Source: a virus (lineage: Duplodnaviria > Caudoviricetes). From it: DNA of 39,247 nt. The DNA is taken from the IMG/VR virus record IMGVR_UViG_3300031565_000136, positions 1 to 39,247 of that record; one strand, given 5' to 3'. Numbering within the stretch: position 1 is the stretch's first letter; every line of letters begins with the position of its first letter. The notes under the pieces are model-generated. The model saw only the letters and a program-made list of their open reading frames with translations. It was not told where the DNA came from and made no database searches. Below are positions 1 through 8,656 of this stretch, piece by piece. The translations under genes and the position numbers were made by a program.

Positions 1-2
1 AG

Positions 3-143
3 GCCGGCGATCTGGCGCTCAAGGCATTTGAGAAGGCGAGCGGCCTGGGCCTCGTGAAGCTGGAAGAGATCGAGGATGTGCGGGTGGGTGCCACCCAGCG
101 CGGGCGCGAAGGCCGGCGCGGCAGTGCAAGGAAGGGCACATGA
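3..143 (+). CDS. 3' fragment of hypothetical protein (runs off window start)
   Basis: Open frame from window edge (AGDLALKAFEK...RKGT*) whose TGA overlaps the next ATG (ATGA at 140-143). Confidence 0.55.
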   Translation, partial: AGDLALKAFEKASGLGLVKLEEIEDVRVGATQRGREGRRGSARKGT

Positions 144-376
144 TCGGCTTTGTCGTAGCGCTCTGTATCCTGTCGGCCGTGCTTGCGTGCCTCGGGTATG
201 AGTGGGCAGGCATGGCGATAGCTGGGATTGGGTTCGTCGTGGTGCTGGCAATGGCCAAGTCGGGTTGGGCAGACGGAAAGCATGAAGATCGGCCCGATCC
301 GCTATTGACGGGCTACTACTTCCTCGACCGCCCGCCCAACGGGAAGCATGGAGGTAACAGTGGAACTTCGACTTGA
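140..376 (+). CDS. small membrane protein, two hydrophobic segments
   Basis: ORF track; MIGFVVALCILSAVLACLG and WAGMAIAGIGFVVVLAMA; ATGA coupling. Confidence 0.7.
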   Translation: MIGFVVALCILSAVLACLGYEWAGMAIAGIGFVVVLAMAKSGWADGKHEDRPDPLLTGYYFLDRPPNGKHGGNSGTST

Positions 377-1001
377 CCAGATCAAGCGAGATGATAAGCT
401 CAGTCCACGTGCTGGCATAGACAAGACCACGGTTGCTGTCTATGCTGCCAGTTTTGACCAGCTTCCCCCTGTCGATGTGTTCTGGATCGAGGGGCGAGAT
501 GGATGGTGGTTGGTGGATGGATGGCACAGGCTAGGCGCTGGCGAAGACCTGGGACTTGCCTATATCGAGGCCAATGAGCACCAGGGCACATTTGACGATG
601 CGCTTGAGTTTGCTTACGATGCGAACCTGAAACACGGCAAGCCGCTGACTCTGGGCGAGCGCAAGGATGCCGTCAGGCTCAAGCTGCGGCGACACACCGA
701 ACGGAGCAACAACTGGATCGCGCAGGACTGCGGAATCACAGACAAGACCGTGACTTCGCTCCGCGATGAGATGGAATCAACTTCGGAAATTCCGAAGTTG
801 ACCGAGCTACTGGGCCGCGATGACAAGTGGCGGCCCCGCGAGATGCCCAAGATAGAGGACTCCGAACCGGAACCGATCGAGACGGTTAAGCTCTACCGGG
901 GCGATATGCTGGAAGAAGAGGCAAGAGAGCGAATGCTCGCTGGGATTGCCCCGGACCCTCGTCAAATAGTTGACCAGGGCAAGGCAGGGGTGGGCAGATG
1001 A
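348..1001 (+). CDS. ParB/Srx-like N-terminal domain protein with HTH
   Basis: LPPVDV...LVDGWHRL ParB-like motif, ANLKHG, HTH-like SNNWIAQDCGITDKTVTSLR. Confidence 0.85.
   Translation: MEVTVELRLDQIKRDDKLSPRAGIDKTTVAVYAASFDQLPPVDVFWIEGRDGWWLVDGWHRLGAGEDLGLAYIEANEHQGTFDDALEFAYDANLKHGKPLTLGERKDAVRLKLRRHTERSNNWIAQDCGITDKTVTSLRDEMESTSEIPKLTELLGRDDKWRPREMPKIEDSEPEPIETVKLYRGDMLEEEARERMLAGIAPDPRQIVDQGKAGVGR
777..801. repeat. perfect 25-bp palindrome inside ParB-like gene
   Basis: TCAACTTCGGAA-A-TTCCGAAGTTGA (12-bp arms). Confidence 0.9.
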
Positions 1002-2506
1002 GAAGCGAGAAGGGATCGAGGATGGAACTCAAGGTAAGTGATCTCGTCTGGGACCGGGACACCTACGCCCGGGAACATACCAGCAACACCACCGTCGAGC
1101 AGTACGCTGCTGCGCTGAGTGTCGGCGCGCAATTCCCCCCGATTCAAGTCGAGCGATTGGCGAACTACCCGGGCCAAGACGGCAAGATAGTGATTTCCAT
1201 TCGCGATGGCTACCACAGATGGACAGCGCACCAACGGCAGGAGATCGCCACCATCGAAGCCGAGTTCTGGACAGACGACGTGCTCGACTATTCCGACCGG
1301 GCCGTGCGCTGCCAGCTCAAGGCACAGTCGGCCTTCTGCAACAAGCAGCACGGCGACCGGACCTCTGAGAAGGACAAGCGCGAGACGGCGCGCTACATCG
1401 CAGAGAATGACCCGGAAGGGACGTGGAGCCAGCAAACCATCGCTGATATGATCGGCGCGCCACAGCAGACAGTGAGCACATGGATTGCCGACATTCGCGC
1501 CAAGCAGAAGGCAAGCAGGGATAGTGTCATCTACCGATTGCGCCTACTCGGACATGGCGTTGAGTTTACTGCTAGCGCAGTAGGTGTATCGATTGGCCTT
1601 GTCTCGCAGATTTTTAATTCTACCGAACTTGGTAAAATTAAAAACGGCCTCCAACGCCAAGTAGACAATGTAGACGGCCTCATCCGCGACGCCGTCAAGC
1701 AGTATCACATCGACACGCCCCTGGCCTGGGCGCTCCGCCTGGATGGGCAATCGGACCTCGACCGGTTCGGCTTCGCCGCCTCCAGTGACGACGCCAAGAA
1801 CCTCAAGTGGGGACCCCAACCCTATGACTTCTGGCACTTTGGGCAATGTGACACACGCTTTGGCGACGCCTGGCCCGGGCGCATCCCCGCGCAGATTGTC
1901 GGCCACGTTCTCTACTTTTACACCGAACAAGGCGATCTCGTGATGGATCCCATGGCCGGCGGTGGAGTGGTGCCCGATGTCTGCCTGGCGCTCAACCGGA
2001 AGTGCCGGGCCTTCGACCTCGTGCCCGGGACCTCTGAAGACCGCGCGCACCAACGCCCCGAAATCGAGCCATGGCATTGGGACTTGGCCGATATGCAGTG
2101 GCCCGACGTCAAGCCCGACCTCATCTTCTGGGATCCCCCCTACTTCAGCAAGAAGGACGCCGAATACAGTGAGCAGGCCGGCGACCTGGTATCTATCTCA
2201 TCATTGGCGCGAGGTGAGTACCTGGAGTTTTTCCGACAGTGGTTCGCGCTGGCAAAGCAGCACGTCAAGCCCACAACCACGCTGGCATTCCTGATGAGTG
2301 ACTGGAACGATGATGCCACGGGCGAGGGCATCTTCATCTGGGACTATGCCCGCCTGCTGCAAGACACGGGCTGGCGTCTTGTTCGCCATATCCAAGCACC
2401 GTTGTCCACGCAATCGTTCGGCGGCGACTTTGTAAACAAGTTCAGGGAGAGCAAGCGCCTGGGCAGGCTGGAGCGCTACGTGTTGATCGCACGACCCGAG
2501 AAGTAG
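998..2506 (+). CDS. ParB-like domain + HTH + amino (N6A/N4C) DNA methyltransferase fusion (start may be 1022)
   Basis: FPPIQV...RDGYHR; HTH SQQTIADMIGAPQQTVSTWI; PGRIP..QIV, SAM-binding DPMAGGG, catalytic DPPY. Confidence 0.85.
   Translation: MRSEKGSRMELKVSDLVWDRDTYAREHTSNTTVEQYAAALSVGAQFPPIQVERLANYPGQDGKIVISIRDGYHRWTAHQRQEIATIEAEFWTDDVLDYSDRAVRCQLKAQSAFCNKQHGDRTSEKDKRETARYIAENDPEGTWSQQTIADMIGAPQQTVSTWIADIRAKQKASRDSVIYRLRLLGHGVEFTASAVGVSIGLVSQIFNSTELGKIKNGLQRQVDNVDGLIRDAVKQYHIDTPLAWALRLDGQSDLDRFGFAASSDDAKNLKWGPQPYDFWHFGQCDTRFGDAWPGRIPAQIVGHVLYFYTEQGDLVMDPMAGGGVVPDVCLALNRKCRAFDLVPGTSEDRAHQRPEIEPWHWDLADMQWPDVKPDLIFWDPPYFSKKDAEYSEQAGDLVSISSLARGEYLEFFRQWFALAKQHVKPTTTLAFLMSDWNDDATGEGIFIWDYARLLQDTGWRLVRHIQAPLSTQSFGGDFVNKFRESKRLGRLERYVLIARPEK
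1611..1644. repeat. imperfect AT-rich palindrome inside ParB-MTase gene
   Basis: TTTTTAATTCTACCGA-AC-TTGGTAAAATTAAAAA, 14/16 matches. Confidence 0.8.
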
Positions 2507-2512
2507 GAACGC

Positions 2513-2944
2513 ATGGCTAAACCCATCTTCCGAAATGATGACAAGTTCCAGCGCCTACCACACAGGGACTGGTTGAGAGAGAAGCAGCCACACGGCAATC
2601 AGGGCTATGTGGTGGAGGATTTGGACCTCGTGCTACGTGTCTACGGGGACAACTACGAAGCCGATGGCAAGGGATGCTTCATGCTGTGCGAACTAAAGTT
2701 CCATCCCCATTCTCCCGGGTACGCACAGCGTAAGACGTTTGGCCTCGTGGATGAATTGCTGAGGGCCGCAGATCCCGACAAGAGGCGCTACGCCGGCTAC
2801 TTTCTGATCCAGTATGACAATGAAGACTGGGATCTGTCATCCTTCTGGGTGAACGGCGTCTCTATGGAGCGGGACGAGTTTCTCAAATTCACGAGCTTCG
2901 ATCTGGATATTCTGAACCACATCCCGCCCTATCAATTCCGTTAA
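2513..2944 (+). CDS. hypothetical protein, possible PD-(D/E)XK nuclease fold
   Basis: DLDLVL...FMLCELK...Q pattern; directly follows MTase. Confidence 0.5.
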   Translation: MAKPIFRNDDKFQRLPHRDWLREKQPHGNQGYVVEDLDLVLRVYGDNYEADGKGCFMLCELKFHPHSPGYAQRKTFGLVDELLRAADPDKRRYAGYFLIQYDNEDWDLSSFWVNGVSMERDEFLKFTSFDLDILNHIPPYQFR

Positions 2945-2952
2945 ATTGGGTA

Positions 2953-2981
2953 TTGACATCTGGCACGAGATGTGATATAAT
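2953..2981 (+). promoter_or_regulatory. consensus sigma70-type promoter with extended -10
   Basis: TTGACA (2953-2958), 17 bp, TG-n-TATAAT (2976-2981); intergenic, followed by AGGAGG RBS. Confidence 0.9.
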
Positions 2982-3012
2982 GCTATCAGACTGAGAACAC
3001 ACAGGAGGACAG

Positions 3013-3210
3013 ATGAACGAATCAGAGAAGGCACAGGCACTCGCATTCACGCTCTACGCTGAAGACATCGCCATCATCGACGACGCCGACACCAACGACG
3101 CGGGCCGCTCGGCCACCTTGCGCCGCATCATCCGCGAGTGGGACGACTGGCGGCAGCGGCGTATGGTGGATACTCCGGCAGACTATGTCACCGCCACGAT
3201 AGGAGAGTGA
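3013..3210 (+). CDS. small DNA-binding protein (ribbon-helix-helix-like, Cro position)
   Basis: First gene after strong promoter; LAFTLYAEDIAIID...GRSATLRRIIREW resembles RHH pattern. Confidence 0.55.
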   Translation: MNESEKAQALAFTLYAEDIAIIDDADTNDAGRSATLRRIIREWDDWRQRRMVDTPADYVTATIGE

Positions 3211-3213
3211 ACG

Positions 3214-3675
3214 ATGGCAGAACTTCAACGCATCGTCGAGTTCACGGCCGCCTATGACAAGCGCAACCCCGACCCCACCAAGAACTACGGCGCGCATGGC
3301 GTCAATATGCGCCTTGTGCTCAAGGGGCCACGGGGCGCAGTCCAGTTCGTGCTATTTACCAACTGGCAACTGCCACACATCGCCAAGGAGTGGGAGAACA
3401 AGCCGCGCTCCCTTACACAGCCCCTCCCCGCTGATGTGGGCTATCACAGTCCCGAGCCCCTATGGGAAGGCCAAGAAGTGCAAGCCGAGAACTGCGACTA
3501 CCTGGATGGTAAGTCGTGCTACTATGACGGATCCGGCCTTGCCGCCAATGATGCCTTTGCCGTACTGGTCGAACGTGGCAGTGCTGGCATCTGGGGCTAC
3601 TTGGAAGACTACTACCACCGCACATTTGAGGACTCCCCCGATGACGCCGCCCGGGTCCCCGACGGGGGGCGATGA
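3214..3675 (+). CDS. hypothetical phage protein
   Basis: ORF track, AGGAG RBS; conserved-looking DVGYHSP / CYYDGSGL. Confidence 0.75.
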   Translation: MAELQRIVEFTAAYDKRNPDPTKNYGAHGVNMRLVLKGPRGAVQFVLFTNWQLPHIAKEWENKPRSLTQPLPADVGYHSPEPLWEGQEVQAENCDYLDGKSCYYDGSGLAANDAFAVLVERGSAGIWGYLEDYYHRTFEDSPDDAARVPDGGR

Positions 3676-3854
3676 TGGAAGACTTTGGGACCATCACGCT
3701 CATAGTATGCACCGACTTGCCTGCCGAAACCGACGCGGAACTAGAGGAACGGCACGCAGAGTTTATAGACTTCCGCGATAGCCTTGAGGCATTGTTTGCT
3801 CAAGCCGTGAACCTTGTACCCGCCGGTTGGAAAGTCTCGATTCAGGATGACTAA
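3672..3854 (+). CDS. hypothetical acidic protein
   Basis: ATGA-coupled ORF. Confidence 0.65.
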   Translation: MMEDFGTITLIVCTDLPAETDAELEERHAEFIDFRDSLEALFAQAVNLVPAGWKVSIQDD

Positions 3855-3947
3855 CACAGCCTGCACGCATGGTGGCCACACCGGCTTGAGCGCGGGCTGG
3901 CCACCCGTCTTCTAAGGCGCTCAAGCCACCACAAGGAGAGCCCTGAG

Positions 3948-4145
3948 ATGCCTAACGCCATCAATCCCTACGACCTCAACCACGTTGCCCGAGTGCGTGC
4001 CAAGCTCGGCCCGCCCTGCCCCGAGTGCAAGAAGCCGACCGTCCAGTTCCCTGACGGTACGCGTGCGTGCATCGACGGCATCGGCCACGCCCTCGAGCGC
4101 GAGCTCGGCATCCACCGCAGCCCGCCGAAGCAAGGAGATGGATGA
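3948..4145 (+). CDS. hypothetical Zn-ribbon protein
   Basis: AAGGAG RBS; CPEC...C...H. Confidence 0.65.
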   Translation: MPNAINPYDLNHVARVRAKLGPPCPECKKPTVQFPDGTRACIDGIGHALERELGIHRSPPKQGDG

Positions 4146-4486
4146 TGGGCCGGCAACGGTGGCGCACAGAGAATCCGACTGTTGAGAGACTGACCTGTGG
4201 CTGCAAGATCATCTGGTATCCCGGTAGTGACATAACACCTGGACTGCTGCGTTGTGCGCTGCACCGATCCGTATCCGACCTGCTGGCGGCGTGCAAGAAT
4301 CTGCTGAACTGGTCAGATAGGCGCTATCACGGAATAAGCGTCATAGCATGGCAATGCACCCTCTGCGACGGGCTGAGTCCCGATTCGGGTGGACCAGAGA
4401 CAATCATCCACGCTAAGGGCTGTCCCGTTCCGCAAGTGGAGGCCGCCATCGCCAAGGCCGAGCCCAAGGAGTCCCCCGATGCTTAA
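4142..4486 (+). CDS. hypothetical Cys/His-rich protein
   Basis: ATGA-coupled start within ORF 4067..4486; WQCTLC...HAKGCP. Confidence 0.6.
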   Translation: MMGRQRWRTENPTVERLTCGCKIIWYPGSDITPGLLRCALHRSVSDLLAACKNLLNWSDRRYHGISVIAWQCTLCDGLSPDSGGPETIIHAKGCPVPQVEAAIAKAEPKESPDA

Positions 4487-4676
4487 CTGCCCCCACTGTG
4501 GTACCGCATTGCCCGACCGCGGTCACATCATCTGCCCGGGCTGCGCTGCCCGCTTCCACCTCGACCGTGGCGAATTGGTCCCGTTTCGGGACACCTTCCG
4601 ACCAGGGGCGCTACAGCGCCTGGTGGACGACCTCTCGTGGGCGCTGTGGTATGCGACCGTGGAAAGGAGCGCGTGA
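4479..4676 (+). CDS. Zn-ribbon protein
   Basis: AAGGAG RBS then MLNCPHCG...ICPGC. Confidence 0.65.
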   Translation: MLNCPHCGTALPDRGHIICPGCAARFHLDRGELVPFRDTFRPGALQRLVDDLSWALWYATVERSA

Positions 4677-4873
4677 TGCGGCGCTGGATTGGCGGCGACA
4701 TCTCATGGGAACAACGCCTCCCCCTCATCAAGAAGTACTTATGGCCTCGCCCGCGCCACAACCGGGGCACACACTATCAGTGTCGTTGTGGCAGCGTCGA
4801 GTATGTGCAGTATCGCGGCTGGTGGTATTGCCCGCGATGTGGACGGCGCGAATCTCCGATAGGAGATGAATGA
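4676..4873 (+). CDS. Zn-ribbon protein
   Basis: AAGGAG RBS, TGATG coupling; CRCG...CPRCG. Confidence 0.6.
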   Translation: MRRWIGGDISWEQRLPLIKKYLWPRPRHNRGTHYQCRCGSVEYVQYRGWWYCPRCGRRESPIGDE

Positions 4874-5085
4874 TGGAGCGACTGCGCAAAGTATTGTATC
4901 ACACTAATCAAGATTCTCCAGACTTTCGATTCTCCCGGTGTGGACACTTCCATTGCTGGGGCGGTACATCGGAACATCCTTTCGCAATCATTGAGGGCAC
5001 AGATGGCTACATCTACGAAATCCCCAGTAACGCCGTCCGATTCTGGCCCACACAGGACGCGATACCCAAGGATTGGCTCCACTAG
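4870..5085 (+). CDS. hypothetical protein
   Basis: AGGAG RBS; G.FH.WG...AIIE..DG motif seen in small phage proteins. Confidence 0.65.
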   Translation: MMERLRKVLYHTNQDSPDFRFSRCGHFHCWGGTSEHPFAIIEGTDGYIYEIPSNAVRFWPTQDAIPKDWLH

Positions 5086-5303
5086 CACAGTAGCCCACGG
5101 GGCGAGCGTGGGCTACCAGGACCAGGGCGATGTGGGGCCGTGCTGGGCCGGCCCTCTTGGAAAGTCAGCGGCCCCAGCGCCGCAGGTGAGGCCCAGACAA
5201 CCCAGTCAACGGTGAGTTTGCGGGTTCGTGGCCTTCAACCTTACAGAGATCATACCACATTTTTCGGAATCTGCACCAACGACTTTTGGGAAAGGAACAT
5301 CAC

Positions 5304-5762
5304 ATGGCAAGAGACTGGGAAGGGCGGTACTGGTCCAAGATAGATATACGCGGAGAAGATGAATGCTGGCCCTGGAAAGCCGTGCAGCACAGGCAGGGCT
5401 ATGGGCGATTCAGGCTGGGCAGGCGCATGGTTTTGGCTCACCGGATCGCATGGGAGCTAGAGCATGGGCCGATACCTGAAGGCATGTGCGTTTGCCATAC
5501 ATGCGACAATCCGCGATGTGTCAATCCAGCCCACTTGTTTGCGGCGAGCCAGCTTGAGAATATCGCAGATGCGGTGGAAAAGGGACGACGCGCGAATCGG
5601 CGTGGCGAAAAGAACGGCCGTGCCAAACTAACGGAAGAGAAAGTCCGCGAGATCCGCAGGCTTTACACCACCGGCAGGCATTCGCAGAGAGAATTGGGTG
5701 AGCGGTTTGGTGTGATAGAGTCCCACGTGGGCCGCATTGTGCGCCGGGAAGTTTGGCCCTAG
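5304..5762 (+). CDS. HNH endonuclease (HNH_3-like) with C-terminal HTH
   Basis: ECWPW, GYGRF, AHRIAW, VCHTCDNPRCVNPAHL, ENIAD; AKLTEEKVREIR...SQRELGERFGV; AAAGGA RBS. Confidence 0.9.
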   Translation: MARDWEGRYWSKIDIRGEDECWPWKAVQHRQGYGRFRLGRRMVLAHRIAWELEHGPIPEGMCVCHTCDNPRCVNPAHLFAASQLENIADAVEKGRRANRRGEKNGRAKLTEEKVREIRRLYTTGRHSQRELGERFGVIESHVGRIVRREVWP

Positions 5763-5803
5763 CTAGACCAGTAGGCGATCCGCCAATTCAGCAAGGAGGC
5801 GAC

Positions 5804-6112
5804 ATGACCATCTACACGGACGACTTGGCGACGCTGCCCGCCCCCAGCAATATCGAGCTGGCGGCGATGGATCAGCACAACGGGCGCATGACCTTCGCCG
5901 AATATTGCGATGCCGTGGCCATCTACGGCCCGTCCCGCGATCTCTTCCGTGAGGATGTGGAACGCGGTATCGACCGGATGGAGATGGCAGGCATCCACAT
6001 ACCCGAGCCTCTGCGCCTCAACAGATGGGCGTGGTATCAGCGCTGGAATGCGGTGCTTGCACGCGATGAGTGCGAGACGGCGCTCGGCGCACGAAATGCC
6101 GGTTGTAGGTAG
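5804..6112 (+). CDS. hypothetical protein
   Basis: AAGGAGG RBS before ATG 5804. Confidence 0.7.
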   Translation: MTIYTDDLATLPAPSNIELAAMDQHNGRMTFAEYCDAVAIYGPSRDLFREDVERGIDRMEMAGIHIPEPLRLNRWAWYQRWNAVLARDECETALGARNAGCR

Positions 6113-6135
6113 CTGGACCAAAAAGGAGAACTGAG

Positions 6136-6876
6136 ATGAAACGCAGCGAAACCATATCGGCGCTCACCGAGGCGCTGGCCAAAGCGCAGGGCGCATTCCC
6201 TGCAGTGCAGAAGTCGGGCGAGAACAAGCACCTTGGCAACCAGTATTGTACCCTGGACGACATCATTGCAGCGGTGCGCAAGCCGCTGGCAGCGAACGGA
6301 CTGTCATTCCTCCAGCCGCTCGTGTCGCTGGAAGATGGGGCGCTGGTGCTGGAAACCATCTTGATGCACCAAAGCGGCGAGTGGGTGGGCAGCGAGGTTG
6401 CCGTGCCCAGCCTGTCGGGCAACAGGGCCGTCAACGAGTTGCAGGCGTTCGGCAGCGCGCTGACCTACATGCGCCGCTACACGCTGACCGCAATGCTCGG
6501 CGTGACCAGCGAGGAAGACGTGGATGGGAACGGGGCCTCTGGCAATGGGTACAAGTCCACGGCCAAGCAGGCGGCAAAGCCACAACAGAAGAAGCCCGCA
6601 CCCAAGCAACCAAGTGCCACGCCCACGGCGCCTGCTCCCGAACAGGCGCCCGCCGACCAGTGGGACGCCCTGACACCCCCCGCCGACTTTACTGAGCTCT
6701 GGGGTGCGCACCGCTTTGCGGAGCTTGACTACGAGACCATGCAAGACGCCAAGAACGCCATCGCCGACGTGTACCCTGGTGAGAAGTTGGGTACAGGCGA
6801 CGACGAGATCCACGTCGACCGGGCGTGGCAAGCATTGATCGACTACGCCAAGAGCAAGGAGGCCTCCAGTGAGTGA
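6136..6876 (+). CDS. erf: ERF-family single-strand annealing recombinase
   Basis: ALAKAQ...YCTLDDI...HQSGEW...QAFGSALTYMRRYTLTAMLGV..EDVDG hallmark. Confidence 0.9.
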   Translation: MKRSETISALTEALAKAQGAFPAVQKSGENKHLGNQYCTLDDIIAAVRKPLAANGLSFLQPLVSLEDGALVLETILMHQSGEWVGSEVAVPSLSGNRAVNELQAFGSALTYMRRYTLTAMLGVTSEEDVDGNGASGNGYKSTAKQAAKPQQKKPAPKQPSATPTAPAPEQAPADQWDALTPPADFTELWGAHRFAELDYETMQDAKNAIADVYPGEKLGTGDDEIHVDRAWQALIDYAKSKEASSE

Positions 6877-7808
6877 ATGGCAGCGCTGCCCCGACACGAC
6901 TGTGACCTCTGGCGTACTTGCCCGCCCATTGCCCTGGGGTGTCTTGATTACCCACGGTGGATCCGATAATCCAGATGCGCCGTATCCGACCGCGCCTCAG
7001 TGGGATCTCAGCATTCCAGAGCTGGAGTGGCTGCTGGAGCTGGCAAAGGAGGCCCCCAATGCTTAGCCGCTACCAGTCCGCGCTCAACACCGGCATCGCG
7101 ATCGTGATCCTCACCCTGCTGGCGGTGGGGATCATGATCGCGGCGACACAGTGTGGGGTAGGGGTTTGGCCATGACCTTCATCCCCGCGCACGAGGCACG
7201 GGCGGCTGGCATCTGCTCATGGTGTCAACGACCCTATCACGCCCCCAAGCAAGACGGCGGCATCGTGGTCCCGACATGCGCCCGGTGCCGCCGGAAGCTG
7301 AGGGGGAAGGAGACGGATGATGGTACGAGCGGCTGACTTCGGCCCCGGCAAGACGGCGCTGTGGGCGCTGCAGAACAAGTGGCGAAGTGACATCCTTGCG
7401 TATGGCGCGCTATGCGCAACCATCGGTATGACTGAGTCGGGCACGCAGGCGTGGGCAGATGCGCAGTCGCGGTGCGACAAGGCATTGCTGGCGCTCTACA
7501 CCCACGCCGCCGAGATGGAGTTGCGGGCACAGCAAGCAGAGGAGGCATGATGGACCTCTATGCGTTCATGGACAGCTATGGGCTTTGGTTCGCCCTGGCC
7601 CTGTTCGTCGCCTCGCTGGCGTACTCGGCGTGGCGCGGGTGGCGAGACGCGGGGAAGGCGTGACATGGCCCTCTTGCTACAGTACGTCAGCATTGGCCAG
7701 TTGCTCGGCGGCATCGTCATATCGGCTGCCATCTGCGTGCTACTGCTGACGGTGTGGTGCCTATGTGCCATCGCCGCACACGGCGACGATCTGGCCGGGA
7801 CGCGATGA
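6869..7808 (+). other. run of six small coupled ORFs (6869-7066, 7059-7175, 7172-7336, 7317-7550, 7547-7663, 7665-7808), several single-TM peptides and one Zn ribbon
   Basis: Overlapping stop/start junctions with RBS; hydrophobic stretches; CSWC...CARC. Confidence 0.55.
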
Positions 7809-8143
7809 CACACACGCCGATCCTCTATATCGCCGGGCCCTACACCAAGGGCGACGTGGTGGTAAATGTGCGCAAGGCCATCTCCATCGCAAGCGTGGCA
7901 CGAAGGCGCGGCTGGCTTCCATTCTGCCCGCACCTGTTCCACCTGTGGCATATGGTGGACCCGCACCACTACACGTACTGGACCGACATGGACCTGGAGT
8001 GGCTGGAGCTGGCCGACGCCCTCTATCGCCTGGGCGGCGAATCAAGCGGGGCTGACATCGAAGTCGCGGCAGCGCAAGCCCGGGGTATCCCTGTGTATGA
8101 GGGATTTGTGCCACTGGCCCCCGGCGCCGAGGTGGAGGGGTGA
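7805..8143 (+). CDS. nucleoside 2-deoxyribosyltransferase-like protein (DUF4406/DUF1937-type)
   Basis: ILYIAGPYT, PFCPH, DLEWLELADAL, SSGADIE...A...GIPV. Confidence 0.8.
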   Translation: MTHTPILYIAGPYTKGDVVVNVRKAISIASVARRRGWLPFCPHLFHLWHMVDPHHYTYWTDMDLEWLELADALYRLGGESSGADIEVAAAQARGIPVYEGFVPLAPGAEVEG

Positions 8144-8385
8144 TGCCATATATCAAGCATGTGACAATCACGTTCGAGGGGGACGGCCTCTTTGTGGCTG
8201 GTGGCCCTGTATCTATCCTGCCAGGCACGAAACAGCTGGAATCTGTCGCGGTCGAATTGGGAGATGGCGTGTTCTGGCGGTATCCCGCCGCCACATTGGA
8301 ACGACTTTCGTTCTCCCATGAGCGAGGACGGCTTCCCCAGCTAAGGTGGGTGGTTGACGACTATGGATGGACGGTAGAGGGATGA
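8140..8385 (+). CDS. hypothetical protein
   Basis: GGAGG RBS, coupled to previous stop. Confidence 0.6.
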   Translation: MMPYIKHVTITFEGDGLFVAGGPVSILPGTKQLESVAVELGDGVFWRYPAATLERLSFSHERGRLPQLRWVVDDYGWTVEG

Positions 8386-8618
8386 TGAGAAGGGCCATGC
8401 TTTATAGGGAACAGAATAACACACAGGATGCCTGCGTCTATGTGGGACAAATTGATTCGCTTCCCAAAGTCGGCGAAAGGGTGCTCATTCACAACGCGCT
8501 GACGAAGTGGGAAGAAGAAGGTATTGTGTCGGCGGTAGATGCCCACAAGCGCGTGTACACAGTGGCAATGCAGGTGCCTAGATTAGAGCAGGCGGCGCTG
8601 TGGGAGGCCGCGAGTTGA
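8382..8618 (+). CDS. hypothetical protein
   Basis: ATGA coupling within ORF 8367..8618. Confidence 0.6.
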   Translation: MMRRAMLYREQNNTQDACVYVGQIDSLPKVGERVLIHNALTKWEEEGIVSAVDAHKRVYTVAMQVPRLEQAALWEAAS

Positions 8619-8656
8619 CACCGGGCAACCGTGCCGAATCACAGAGAGGAGACAAC

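Noticed and set aside
14-3925. GGCGCTCAAG shared between 14-23 and 3916-3925
   Set aside because: 10-mer encoding common Ala-Leu-Lys codons; expected by chance
8615-8645. Promoter at TTGACA 8615
   Set aside because: No acceptable -10 at 16-18 bp; treated as duplicated fragment
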